Source of the DNA: Planctomycetes bacterium UBA1146
GTDB taxonomy: Bacteria > Planctomycetota > UBA8108 > UBA1146
Direction: 5' to 3'
Length of the DNA: 46,852 nucleotides
NCBI GenBank assembly: GCA_963694575.1
Contig: CAVOEM010000002.1
Location: 1-46,852 of the forward strand
Part shown: piece after piece, positions 1 through 7,851 of the stretch
How positions within the stretch are numbered: the first letter of the stretch is position 1
How the letters are laid out: the number at the start of each line of letters is the position of its first letter
The notes under the pieces: model-generated
The model's input: only the letters and a program-made list of their open reading frames with translations
Database searches by the model: none
Told to the model about the DNA's origin: nothing
Translations under genes and position numbers: made by a program

Positions 1-1306
1 AGTACTCGACTTCGGCCTTGCTGACCTGGACCAGCAATCGGCTGGCTCCATGGAACTGGAACTTTTCAGAGGTGATACCCGAGACATCAAACTGCGCTCG
101 TGGTGCGAAGACGCCCTCCGGTTGGTGGAGAAAAACCCAGCGATAACGACCAAAGGGAATCTCATCGATGGAGAAACGCCCGGATGCGTCAGTGGTGAAG
201 GAGAAGGGTCTGGGTCCGAACAAACTGCCCTGCATCTCGGAGAGGGGATTGCCCTGTGGACCGACCACCAACCCTTCGAGGGTGCCGGTCTTCAACTCGA
301 TGACGATGTCGCTATCTTCGAACAGTTCCATCTCGACGGTGGTACCTTCGCCGTTACCTTCTCCGGAGGTCCAGATGAAGCGCCAGTTACCAGGGCCGGG
401 GAGTCTTGTTTCGAATCGGCCATCGACGGTGACCGGTATCGATGAATCGGCCTGGGTCTCGCGACACCAGGTCTGGACGGTGCCCCCTTCGACAGGGATG
501 CCATTGCGGAGCACCTCGCCATAAACCTGGATCGCCGGCCCGAGGTTGAAGATCACCTCGCGCTCCTCGCCTTCGCCGATCTCGACCTCGCGTCGAGCCA
601 GCACCTTGGAGCCGGAGCGCAGGCTGATCAGGTGGCGACCCGCCAGTAATCCTCCGATACGAAGGTTGGAATCGACCAGTGGTTGCGGTGACAGTTTGAC
701 CGCGGAACCCAGTTCACGTGGGGTGCGAGCTTGCAACATGCGGATATCGATCAACGGACGATCTGGCAGTTCCAGATCGGGAGCCACCACCGAGACCCAG
801 ATCACACTCTCGGGAGAGATCGCCAGGAACAGATCTTCGGGGTGAGCATCAGTACTCGACTCTGCATCGGGCAGCATCTCGGGACTCCAGTGCCAGCGGC
901 CTGTGGCATATCCCAGACCACGCACGGTGATCAGTGCCTCGTTGCACTCTGGAATGTCGACGGCGAACTCGCCACCAGCACGGGTACGGGAGTGTCCCAG
1001 GGGGCGCGATCCCGACAGATCACGGAAGGCGACGGTCGCACCGGGCACGGCCAGACCGGTCGAGACATCGATGACCTGGCCAGCGAATCGCATGCGAGGG
1101 CCATCGACCACCACTGGTGGGCCGACATCGGAGATGGGAGGTAGTGGGGTCGAGGTTTCGCCAGCGTCCTGGACAGCAGCGTTGCCATCGCCATCGAGTT
1201 TCAGCACTTCTGGACCCGGATCATCCGGGTAGAAGAAAAAACTCAACACCAGGATGAGGAGACCCACCCCGATGAGTGACAGCGGTAGAACTTTGCCTTG
1301 AACCAT
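1..1306 (-). CDS. Signal-anchored protein with carboxypeptidase-regulatory-like beta-sandwich repeats (partial; C-terminus lies beyond the left edge)
   Basis: Absent from the ORF track because its stop codon lies outside the window. Reading the reverse complement from ATG 1306-1304, I find no stop down to base 2 (about 435 codons, hand-translated). The N-terminus MVQGKVLPLSLIGVGLLILVLSFFFYP is a hydrophobic anchor. Downstream are repeated modules of the type FAGQVIDVSTGLAVPGATVAFRD..RTRAGGEFAV and LEGLVVGPQGNPLSE..TTDASGRFSIDEIPFGRYRW. The short + strand ORFs at 50-1232 overlap each other in different frames and look like shadows of this gene. Confidence 0.6.
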   Translation of the reverse strand, partial: MVQGKVLPLSLIGVGLLILVLSFFFYPDDPGPEVLKLDGDGNAAVQDAGETSTPLPPISDVGPPVVVDGPRMRFAGQVIDVSTGLAVPGATVAFRDLSGSRPLGHSRTRAGGEFAVDIPECNEALITVRGLGYATGRWHWSPEMLPDAESSTDAHPEDLFLAISPESVIWVSVVAPDLELPDRPLIDIRMLQARTPRELGSAVKLSPQPLVDSNLRIGGLLAGRHLISLRSGSKVLARREVEIGEGEEREVIFNLGPAIQVYGEVLRNGIPVEGGTVQTWCRETQADSSIPVTVDGRFETRLPGPGNWRFIWTSGEGNGEGTTVEMELFEDSDIVIELKTGTLEGLVVGPQGNPLSEMQGSLFGPRPFSFTTDASGRFSIDEIPFGRYRWVFLHQPEGVFAPRAQFDVSGITSEKFQFHGASRLLVQVSKAEVEY

Positions 1307-1323
1307 GCTCACTCACCGACTCC

Positions 1324-1746
1324 TCAATCGCGCGGGGCGTACACCGTGACCTTCAACTCGACTGCGATGGGAGTCGGTAAAGCTACCACCTCGACGGTGG
1401 TGCGGCACGGCCGTATCTCCCCGAAGTACTTCTCGTAGACCCGATTGAAGGAGCAGAAATCCTTCTTCATGTCGGTCAGGAAGACGGTCACATCGACCAC
1501 TTCCTCCCAGCGAGCTCCGGCATCCTCGACCACATGGCGGACATTTTCGAAGCAGGATCTGCACTGGGTCTCGATACAGTATTCTACGATGTTTCCCGCC
1601 GAATCGAGGGTGACCCCCGGAATCTCGCTGCTAGCACGAGATCTGGGCCCGACTCCGCTGAGGAAGATGTAATTTCCGGCCCGGCGGGCATGGGGGTAGG
1701 GGCCCACGGGCTCGGGGGCACGGTCGCTGATGGTGACATCATTCAT
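1324..1746 (-). CDS. RidA (YjgF/YER057c/UK114) family enamine/imine deaminase
   Basis: ORF 1324..1788. PVGPYPHARRAGNYIFLSGVGP, VDVTVFLTDMKKDF, FNRVYEKYFG and RPCRTTVEVVALP..VELKV fit the RidA family pattern. I place the start at ATG 1746 (MNDVTISD), which overlaps the upstream ALDH stop as ATGAATGA. ATG 1788 is the longer alternative. Confidence 0.85.
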   Translation of the reverse strand: MNDVTISDRAPEPVGPYPHARRAGNYIFLSGVGPRSRASSEIPGVTLDSAGNIVEYCIETQCRSCFENVRHVVEDAGARWEEVVDVTVFLTDMKKDFCSFNRVYEKYFGEIRPCRTTVEVVALPTPIAVELKVTVYAPRD

Positions 1747-3235
1747 CGGATGATCCCGGTCCTTTCGAATCGAATCGGATGCAGACATTGGTCGGTTCCT
1801 GGAAAAAGTTCAGGGAGTCGCTGCCCCCTTCTCGTCCCAGTCCACTCTCCTTCACTCCGCCAAAAACTGTGCGGAGATCTCGTTTCATCCAGCAATTGAC
1901 CCACACGGTTCCCGCTTCAATCTTCTCGGAAACGCGCAGTGCTCGATCGACATCTCGAGTCCAGATGCTGGCAGCCAGTCCGTAGCGAACCCCGTTGGCG
2001 ATCTCGATCGCCTCCGCTTCATCATCGAAGGGGATGATGGTGGCGACAGGACCGAAGATCTCTTCTTGATTGGTACGAGTGGCTGGCCCGAGTCCGGTGA
2101 CCACTGCCGGGGAGAGGAAGTAGCCCTCACTGCAGCGTCCGTCGGGGGCGACCCGTTCACCACCGCAGAGGATCTCGCCCCCTTCCTCTCGGGCCAGTTG
2201 GAGGCACGCTTCGATCTTCTCACGATGGGACGAAGAGACGAGAGCTCCTAACTGGGTCGAGTCATCGAGGGGGTCTCCGATGGTCATCTCCTGAGCCTTC
2301 TCGACCAGACGAGAGGTGAAGGATTCGAGGATGCTGCGCTCGACCAGGATTCGTGATCCGCACAGACAAATTTGTCCCTGATTTGAAAAGGCAGCAGCGG
2401 TGGCTCCCTCGACCGCTGCATCGATGTCGGCATCGGAGAACACCACCGTCGGGTTCTTGCCGCCCAGTTCGAGCAGGGTCTTTTTGAACATCGGTGCGGC
2501 CTGGCTGGCGATGGCCGCTCCTGTGGCCGTGCCTCCGGTGAAGGTGATGGCGGGGATCCCAGGATGGCCGACGATGGCGGCTCCTGCCGCGGGGCCGAGT
2601 CCGTGGACGATGTTGAGGACTCCCGCAGGAAATCCCACCTCTTGCGCCACCCGTGCCAGAAGGTCGGCGGTGACCGGGGTCACCTCCGACGGCTTGGCGA
2701 CGACGGTGCAGCCCGCCGCCAGGGCGGGAGCGATCTTCCAGGTGAACAGGTACAGCGGCAGGTTCCACGGCGAGATACAACCGGACACGCCGACTGGCTT
2801 ACAGATGGTCACGTTCCACAGGTCTTCTCCCGCCAGGCGGCTGCGATGGGCATCCTGGTGCTGGAAGCGGGCGGCGCCGGCGAAGAATCTCAGGTTGGCC
2901 GCGGCTCTCGGAATGTCGATGGTGCGCGCTGCACTGATCGGCTTGCCGTTATCGACACTCTCTGCCCAGGCGAAATCATCCAGTCTCTGTTCGATGGCAT
3001 CGGCGAGCTTCTCGAGCCAGGCTCCACGGTACTCGGCACTCTGGTCGGACCAGCCGGGAAGAGCCCGGGTTGCGGCGGCGGTGGCTCGATCCACCTCGAC
3101 TGCAGTGCCCGCTGCGATGGTACCGAGAGATTCTCCAGTCGCCGGTTCGAAGTTGTCGAGGGTGGCCCCGTCGGCAGACGGGACCCGTTCTCCGTCGATG
3201 AAGTGCAGCACCTCGCGGATGTCGGAGCGATCCAT
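1739..3235 (-). CDS. NAD(P)-dependent aldehyde dehydrogenase (resembles ALDH8 / muconate-semialdehyde dehydrogenase-type enzymes; substrate unknown)
   Basis: ORF 1739..3310. ALDH hallmarks are present: VAKPSEVTP, FTGGTATG, LELGGKNP (general-base Glu), FSNQGQICLCGSR (catalytic Cys) and EEIFGPV. I trimmed the start to ATG 3235 (MDRSDIREVLHFIDGERV), which has GAGAGGGG about 6 nt upstream. The subfamily resemblance is from memory only. Confidence 0.88.
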   Translation of the reverse strand: MDRSDIREVLHFIDGERVPSADGATLDNFEPATGESLGTIAAGTAVEVDRATAAATRALPGWSDQSAEYRGAWLEKLADAIEQRLDDFAWAESVDNGKPISAARTIDIPRAAANLRFFAGAARFQHQDAHRSRLAGEDLWNVTICKPVGVSGCISPWNLPLYLFTWKIAPALAAGCTVVAKPSEVTPVTADLLARVAQEVGFPAGVLNIVHGLGPAAGAAIVGHPGIPAITFTGGTATGAAIASQAAPMFKKTLLELGGKNPTVVFSDADIDAAVEGATAAAFSNQGQICLCGSRILVERSILESFTSRLVEKAQEMTIGDPLDDSTQLGALVSSSHREKIEACLQLAREEGGEILCGGERVAPDGRCSEGYFLSPAVVTGLGPATRTNQEEIFGPVATIIPFDDEAEAIEIANGVRYGLAASIWTRDVDRALRVSEKIEAGTVWVNCWMKRDLRTVFGGVKESGLGREGGSDSLNFFQEPTNVCIRFDSKGPGSSDE

Positions 3236-3284
3236 CGTATCCCCTCTCGAAACTTCAAATGACTGATCGATCTGGTGGTCGATT

Positions 3285-4064
3285 CTAGATGACGTTGAGC
3301 CGTCCGCCATCCACCGGTAAGCAGACTCCGGTGATGTAAGCGGCTGCGGGGGAACAGAGAAATGCCACCGCCGAGCCGATCTCTTCGGCTCGAGCGAGGC
3401 GTGCCAGCGGAATCGACTGGATCCACGCTTCTTTCACCTGTTCGGGGGTGGTTCCCTGCGTCTCGGCCCTTTTTGCCATCAACTGGGTCAACCTGGCGGT
3501 GTCGGTGAATCCGGGCAGTACGCTGTTGATGGTGATGGCCGCCGGTCCCAGTTCCTTGGACAGGGTCTTGGCCCACGCGGCCACCGCACCGCGAGTGGTG
3601 TTGGAGACGCCCAGACCGGCGATCGGCTCTCGCACCGAAGTCGAGAGGATGTTGACGATGCGGCCGTAGCCACTCTCCTTCATCCCCGGAACCAGCGCTT
3701 GAACCAGCCGGTGGTTGCACACCAGGTGGCGTTGCATGGCGACCAGGAACTGATCTGAATCGGCAGCGAAGAGCGGCCCGCCGGCCGGGCCTCCCGAGTT
3801 GTTGATCAGGATCTGGAACGGACCGTGCTCGGAGATGTGAGAGTTCACCGCCGACTCGAGTTGATCTGGCTGATCGAAGTCAGCGACGATCCGGGTGTGT
3901 CCTGAGCCGGGCAAGGTTTCCAGAGCTGCATCGAGATCAGTCTTGTTACGGGCACAGAGGGTGACCTGCGCGCCGATCTTCGCCAGCTGTTGGGCACTGG
4001 CGAGACCGATGCCCTGGCTACTGCCACAGACCAGCGCCTTCTTGTCGTCGAGTTGAAGATCCAT
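3285..4064 (-). CDS. Short-chain dehydrogenase/reductase, FabG-like but with a non-canonical catalytic motif
   Basis: Cofactor motif KKALVCGSSQGIGLASA, NNSGG, Ser in ILSTSV and the C-terminal ITGVCLPVDGG are typical of classical SDRs. The position of the YxxxK motif reads SNTTR. Confidence 0.88.
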   Translation of the reverse strand: MDLQLDDKKALVCGSSQGIGLASAQQLAKIGAQVTLCARNKTDLDAALETLPGSGHTRIVADFDQPDQLESAVNSHISEHGPFQILINNSGGPAGGPLFAADSDQFLVAMQRHLVCNHRLVQALVPGMKESGYGRIVNILSTSVREPIAGLGVSNTTRGAVAAWAKTLSKELGPAAITINSVLPGFTDTARLTQLMAKRAETQGTTPEQVKEAWIQSIPLARLARAEEIGSAVAFLCSPAAAYITGVCLPVDGGRLNVI

Positions 4065-4075
4065 CGGTTATCCGT

Positions 4076-5179
4076 TCATTCTAGATTCAGGATCGGGTCG
4101 CCCAGGGCACTCTCGATCGGTGTGATCCCCAGACCGGGCTGCTTTGAGGCGGCCATTCGACCATCGACTCGCTGTGGGGCTCCATCAGCGATGGAGACGG
4201 TGACATAGGAGTTGAAATCGGTGGCGGTCAGGAGCAGTTGTGGCGGTGTGCTGTGGGCCAGGTGCGAGATGGCGGCAGTGACGATGTCGCCCCCCCAGGC
4301 GTCCTCGATGGTCATGGCAATTCCCATCTCGATGCATAGATCTCGAGCCTGGCGTGCTCGGGTCAGCCCGCCGAACTTAGAAATCTTGATGTTGACGGCA
4401 TCCATCGCCAGGTCGCAGTGGGCTCTCATCAGAATTTCGATGCCATCGATCACCTCGTCAAGTACGAATGGATGGTCTGTACTGCGACGCACGGCCAGGC
4501 ACTCCTGGTAACTCTCGCACGGTTGTTCGATGGTGACATCGAGATCCCTGACCGCTCTCACGACTCTCATCGCTGAATGCTGGCTCCAGCCTGTGTTGGC
4601 ATCGGCGATGAGGATGTCGGTCGGTTGCAGCAGTTCACGGACCATGTGGATTCGCTCGATATCCACATCGGGATCTCCACCCACCTTCAACTGGAAGCGA
4701 GTGTATCCTTGCTGGCGATACTGCTCGACCTTGTCGCGCATCGCATGTGGATCTTCCTGTGAGATGGCGCGATAGAGAACAAAGTCTTCGCCGTGGCATC
4801 CTCCCAGAAGAGTACTCACTGGAACGCCACACGACTGCCCGAGGATGTCCCAGCAAGCGATGTCGATGGCAGATTTCACATAGGGGTGGCCCTTGAGGCA
4901 AGCATCCATCTTCTGGTTCAGTTTCAGTAACTCGCGTGGGTCTTCACCGATCAGTTGTGGAGCCAGTTCTGCGATTCCGGTGCGGGCTCCCGCTGGATAG
5001 GCGGGCAGGTAAAAGGGGCCGAGCGGGCAGACCTCGCCGTGTCCGGTGATGCCCTCATCGGTCTCGACTCGCACCACGGTGCTGTCGAACACTTCGACCG
5101 ACTTTCCTCCCGACCAGCGGTAACTCCCCTCGACCAGCGGGAGGTCGACCTGGAACACCTGGATGCGACGGATCTTCAA
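4076..5179 (-). CDS. Enolase-superfamily enzyme, MR/MLE type (dehydratase/epimerase/cycloisomerase; possibly acting on a hydroxyproline-like substrate)
   Basis: The ORF track gives 4076..5431, but the first ~84 codons are Pro/Arg/Thr-rich with no family signal. Similarity starts at [15 protein letters not shown], whose Leu is TTG 5179-5177 with GGAGGAG just upstream. Motifs are the capping domain [12 protein letters not shown], then in the barrel FQLKVGG (KxK), [18 protein letters not shown] and NIKISKFGG. The result is 368 aa, a typical family length. Confidence 0.85.
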   Translation of the reverse strand: MKIRRIQVFQVDLPLVEGSYRWSGGKSVEVFDSTVVRVETDEGITGHGEVCPLGPFYLPAYPAGARTGIAELAPQLIGEDPRELLKLNQKMDACLKGHPYVKSAIDIACWDILGQSCGVPVSTLLGGCHGEDFVLYRAISQEDPHAMRDKVEQYRQQGYTRFQLKVGGDPDVDIERIHMVRELLQPTDILIADANTGWSQHSAMRVVRAVRDLDVTIEQPCESYQECLAVRRSTDHPFVLDEVIDGIEILMRAHCDLAMDAVNIKISKFGGLTRARQARDLCIEMGIAMTIEDAWGGDIVTAAISHLAHSTPPQLLLTATDFNSYVTVSIADGAPQRVDGRMAASKQPGLGITPIESALGDPILNLE

Positions 5180-5405
5180 TGCTCCTCCAATAGGGTCGGG
5201 GAAAACCCCCCCAGGGGTGCCCGATCCTGCTCCTGGCTTACCATGTCTCCGCTGCTTTTGACAACCGATCGTCCGCAGATCCAAGACGGGCCGCCTTTCC
5301 CTACGGGTCGTCGTCGGGAGAAATGCGTTCTTGTGAGCCTGCAGTGGGCGTGTTGTCATCGGAGGGCTTGATGGCCAGGGCAAAGTGGAGAGGACCGGTA
5401 GGGAA

Positions 5406-6857
5406 ATGGATCGAAGAACCTTTGTAGCCACGGGAATAGCAGCAGGGACTGCGATGGCCCTGGGTCGATCGCCGTTGGCTTTTGCTGGCGGGAAAAACGA
5501 CGAGATCCGGGTCGGAGTCGCGGGAATTCGCAGTCGCGGATGGTCTCATGTGATGGGGCTCAACCGTCTCGAAGGAGTGCGAGTCGTAGCACTGTGCGAT
5601 GTCGATAAGGGAGTGCTCGAGAAGCGCCAGATGGAACTGGCAGAAAAAGGCATCCAGACCGACACCTATAGAGATTTCCGCGACATGATCGCTCGGGAAG
5701 ATATCGATGTCATCTCCATCGCCACTCCCAACCATTGGCATGCGTTGCAGACGGTGTGGGCCTGCGCTGCGGGAAAAGATGTTTACGTGGAGAAGCCGAT
5801 CAGTCACAACGTCCGCGAAGGGCGGCTGATGGTCGAGGCCGCGAGTCGTCATGGCCGCATCGTGCAGACCGGTACCCAGTCACGTTCATCTTCAGCGATT
5901 CGGGATGCGATCGCCTGGATGCATCAAGGAAATATCGGCAAGCCGACCCTTGCCAGAGGGCTCTGTTACAAGCCCCGTGGCTCGATCGGAAAGGTCGATG
6001 GGCCTCGCGATGTGCCCAAGGGCATCGATTACGACCTGTGGGTCGGGCCGGCACCGATGAAACCCTTCGGTCGGCGTCAATTGCATTATGACTGGCACTG
6101 GGATTTTGACACGGGCAATGGCGACCTGGGCAACCAGGGGATTCATCAGATGGACCTGTGTCGCTGGGCCCTGGGTCATGAAACGATGCCTCAGCGGGTG
6201 TTGGCCTACGGTGGTCGATACGGCTACGACGATGATGGAAACACACCCAATACTCTGGTGTCGATTCTCGATTACCCAGAAGCTCCGATCATCTTCGAGG
6301 TGCGGGGACTGCCCAGCAGTCTGAAAGCTCAGAAGGAGAACTGGGGCGGCAACATGGACCGATACCAGGGGATGTCGATCGGCGCGGCGATTCACTGTGA
6401 AGCGGGTACCCTGCTCCTCCCCGATTACTCGAGCGCCCGTGCCATCGATCGGACCGGCAAGACGATTCAGGAATGGCGAGGAGCACAGAACCATTTCCAG
6501 AATTTCATCGATGCCGTTCGATCCCGTGATGGATCGACGATCCACGGGACCATCGAGGGAGGGCACCTCTCCAGTGCTTTGTGTCACCTGGGAAACATCT
6601 CCTATCTGCGCGGAGAGATGGTCTCACCAAAGGAGGCCGCCAGCAGAATCACCTGGCCGACCACCTCTGCTGCGGATGTCGAACGGGTGGTGGCGCATCT
6701 GAAGGGCAATGGTGTCGATTTCGCATCGACTGGGCTGGTCGCCGGCAAGTTGCTGGAGATCGACTCTTCCAGCGAGAATTTTAGTAACGATGCAGAGGCC
6801 AATGCCATGCTGTTTCGGCCGGGTCGGGCAGAATATCGCTTCCCCGAGGAAGCCTAG
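5406..6857 (+). CDS. Tat-exported Gfo/Idh/MocA family oxidoreductase
   Basis: ORF 5385..6857. With the start moved to ATG 5406, the N-terminus [29 protein letters not shown] is a twin-arginine signal. It has the Rossmann segment [16 protein letters not shown] and the EKP motif [11 protein letters not shown]. Confidence 0.85.
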   Translation: MDRRTFVATGIAAGTAMALGRSPLAFAGGKNDEIRVGVAGIRSRGWSHVMGLNRLEGVRVVALCDVDKGVLEKRQMELAEKGIQTDTYRDFRDMIAREDIDVISIATPNHWHALQTVWACAAGKDVYVEKPISHNVREGRLMVEAASRHGRIVQTGTQSRSSSAIRDAIAWMHQGNIGKPTLARGLCYKPRGSIGKVDGPRDVPKGIDYDLWVGPAPMKPFGRRQLHYDWHWDFDTGNGDLGNQGIHQMDLCRWALGHETMPQRVLAYGGRYGYDDDGNTPNTLVSILDYPEAPIIFEVRGLPSSLKAQKENWGGNMDRYQGMSIGAAIHCEAGTLLLPDYSSARAIDRTGKTIQEWRGAQNHFQNFIDAVRSRDGSTIHGTIEGGHLSSALCHLGNISYLRGEMVSPKEAASRITWPTTSAADVERVVAHLKGNGVDFASTGLVAGKLLEIDSSSENFSNDAEANAMLFRPGRAEYRFPEEA

Positions 6858-6860
6858 GCG

Positions 6861-7820
6861 GTGCAGTCGCAAACCGAGCATCGAACAGAGCATCGAACAG
6901 AGCATCGAATAGAGGATCGAATAGAGGATCGAATCGATCGGAGGCGAGTCCTGCAAGGTCTCGTTGCAGGCGGTCTCGTGGCCACCACTGGCGGCGTGTT
7001 CGCGGAGTGGTTACACGCGGATGAACCGACCCCCCTCCCCGCCGCTCGATTTCGCTTTGGCCTGGTCACCTATCTGTGGGGGCAGGATCTTACACTGCCA
7101 CGGCTCATCGACAGCTGCGAGTCCTCGGGCCTGGAGGGAATCGAGCTGCGCACGACCCATGCACACGGGGTCGAGCCGGATCTGACTCCCCAGCAGAGAG
7201 TCGAGGTGAAGCAACGCTTCGATGATTCTTCGGTGACCTGTGTCGGAATCGGCAGCAATGAAAAATTGCATCACCAAGATCCCGCCAGGCTGAAGGCTGC
7301 GATGGACGCCACTCGTGCCTTTCTCAAGCTGAGTGCTGAGATTGGTGGTAGTGGAGTCAAGGTGAAGCCGGACCAGTGTCCGCAAGGGGAAGCACTGGAT
7401 CGCACCATCGAACGCATCGGTGGCGCATTGCAACAACTTGGCAAGGAAGCCGCGGACATCGGCCAGCAGATTCGACTTGAGGTTCACGGCTCCTGTGCAA
7501 AGTTGCCGCTGATCGAACGCATCCTGGAAGTGGCGGATCATCCTGCAGTGGGGGCGTGCTGGAACAGCAATGACAGCGATCTGGCAGGAGACGGACTCGA
7601 GAACAACTTCGCCAGGGTTCAGCAGAGGCTTGCAGATACCCTCCATGTCAGACGACTCGATGAGCAGCGTTATCCCTACAAGAAGCTGTTTGGGTTGTTA
7701 CGACAGCAGCATTGGGCTGGCTGGATGTTGCTGGAAGCTCACGATCGTCCGCCGGAGGCGCGGGTCGAGGCTCTACGGGCTCAGCGGGTTCAATTCGATG
7801 CGATGGTGAAACTGCCGTGA
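6861..7820 (+). CDS. Tat-exported sugar-phosphate isomerase/epimerase (xylose isomerase-like TIM barrel)
   Basis: GTG start 4 nt after the Gfo/Idh/MocA stop. The Tat motif is IDRRRVLQGLVAGGLVATTGGVFA. The body (FGLVTYLWGQD..GLEGIELRTTH..LKLSAEIGGSGVKVKP..IRLEVHG..WMLLEAH) fits the AP_endonuc_2/xylose-isomerase-like fold. No alternative in-frame start lies downstream of the repeat and upstream of the RR motif. Confidence 0.8.
   Translation: MQSQTEHRTEHRTEHRIEDRIEDRIDRRRVLQGLVAGGLVATTGGVFAEWLHADEPTPLPAARFRFGLVTYLWGQDLTLPRLIDSCESSGLEGIELRTTHAHGVEPDLTPQQRVEVKQRFDDSSVTCVGIGSNEKLHHQDPARLKAAMDATRAFLKLSAEIGGSGVKVKPDQCPQGEALDRTIERIGGALQQLGKEAADIGQQIRLEVHGSCAKLPLIERILEVADHPAVGACWNSNDSDLAGDGLENNFARVQQRLADTLHVRRLDEQRYPYKKLFGLLRQQHWAGWMLLEAHDRPPEARVEALRAQRVQFDAMVKLP
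6876..6935 (+). repeat. Five-copy 12-bp tandem repeat (gagcatcgaaca x2, gagcatcgaata, gaggatcgaata, gaggatcgaatc), in frame, encoding (TEHR)3(IEDR)2
   Basis: Read directly from the sequence. The copies are contiguous with 0-3 substitutions between them. The repeat lies in the n-region of the Tat signal peptide of the 6861..7820 gene. Confidence 0.95.
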
Positions 7821-7851
7821 CCGAAGGGTCCAGGCCCGAGCCATCGATGGC

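Noticed and set aside
50-1232. Cluster of 70-137-aa + strand ORFs at the left edge
   Set aside because: They overlap one another in different frames. The minus-strand frame starting at 1306 is open across the entire region and has a signal anchor plus repeat architecture.
5180-5431. N-terminal extensions offered by the ORF track (4076..5431; likewise 1739..3310, 5385.., 19514..21358, 27945.., 30083.., 32706.., 35575..)
   Set aside because: The extensions are Pro/Arg-rich or overlap the upstream gene substantially. Family similarity, signal peptides, RBS-like sequences or ATGA-type overlaps all point to the internal starts I used.
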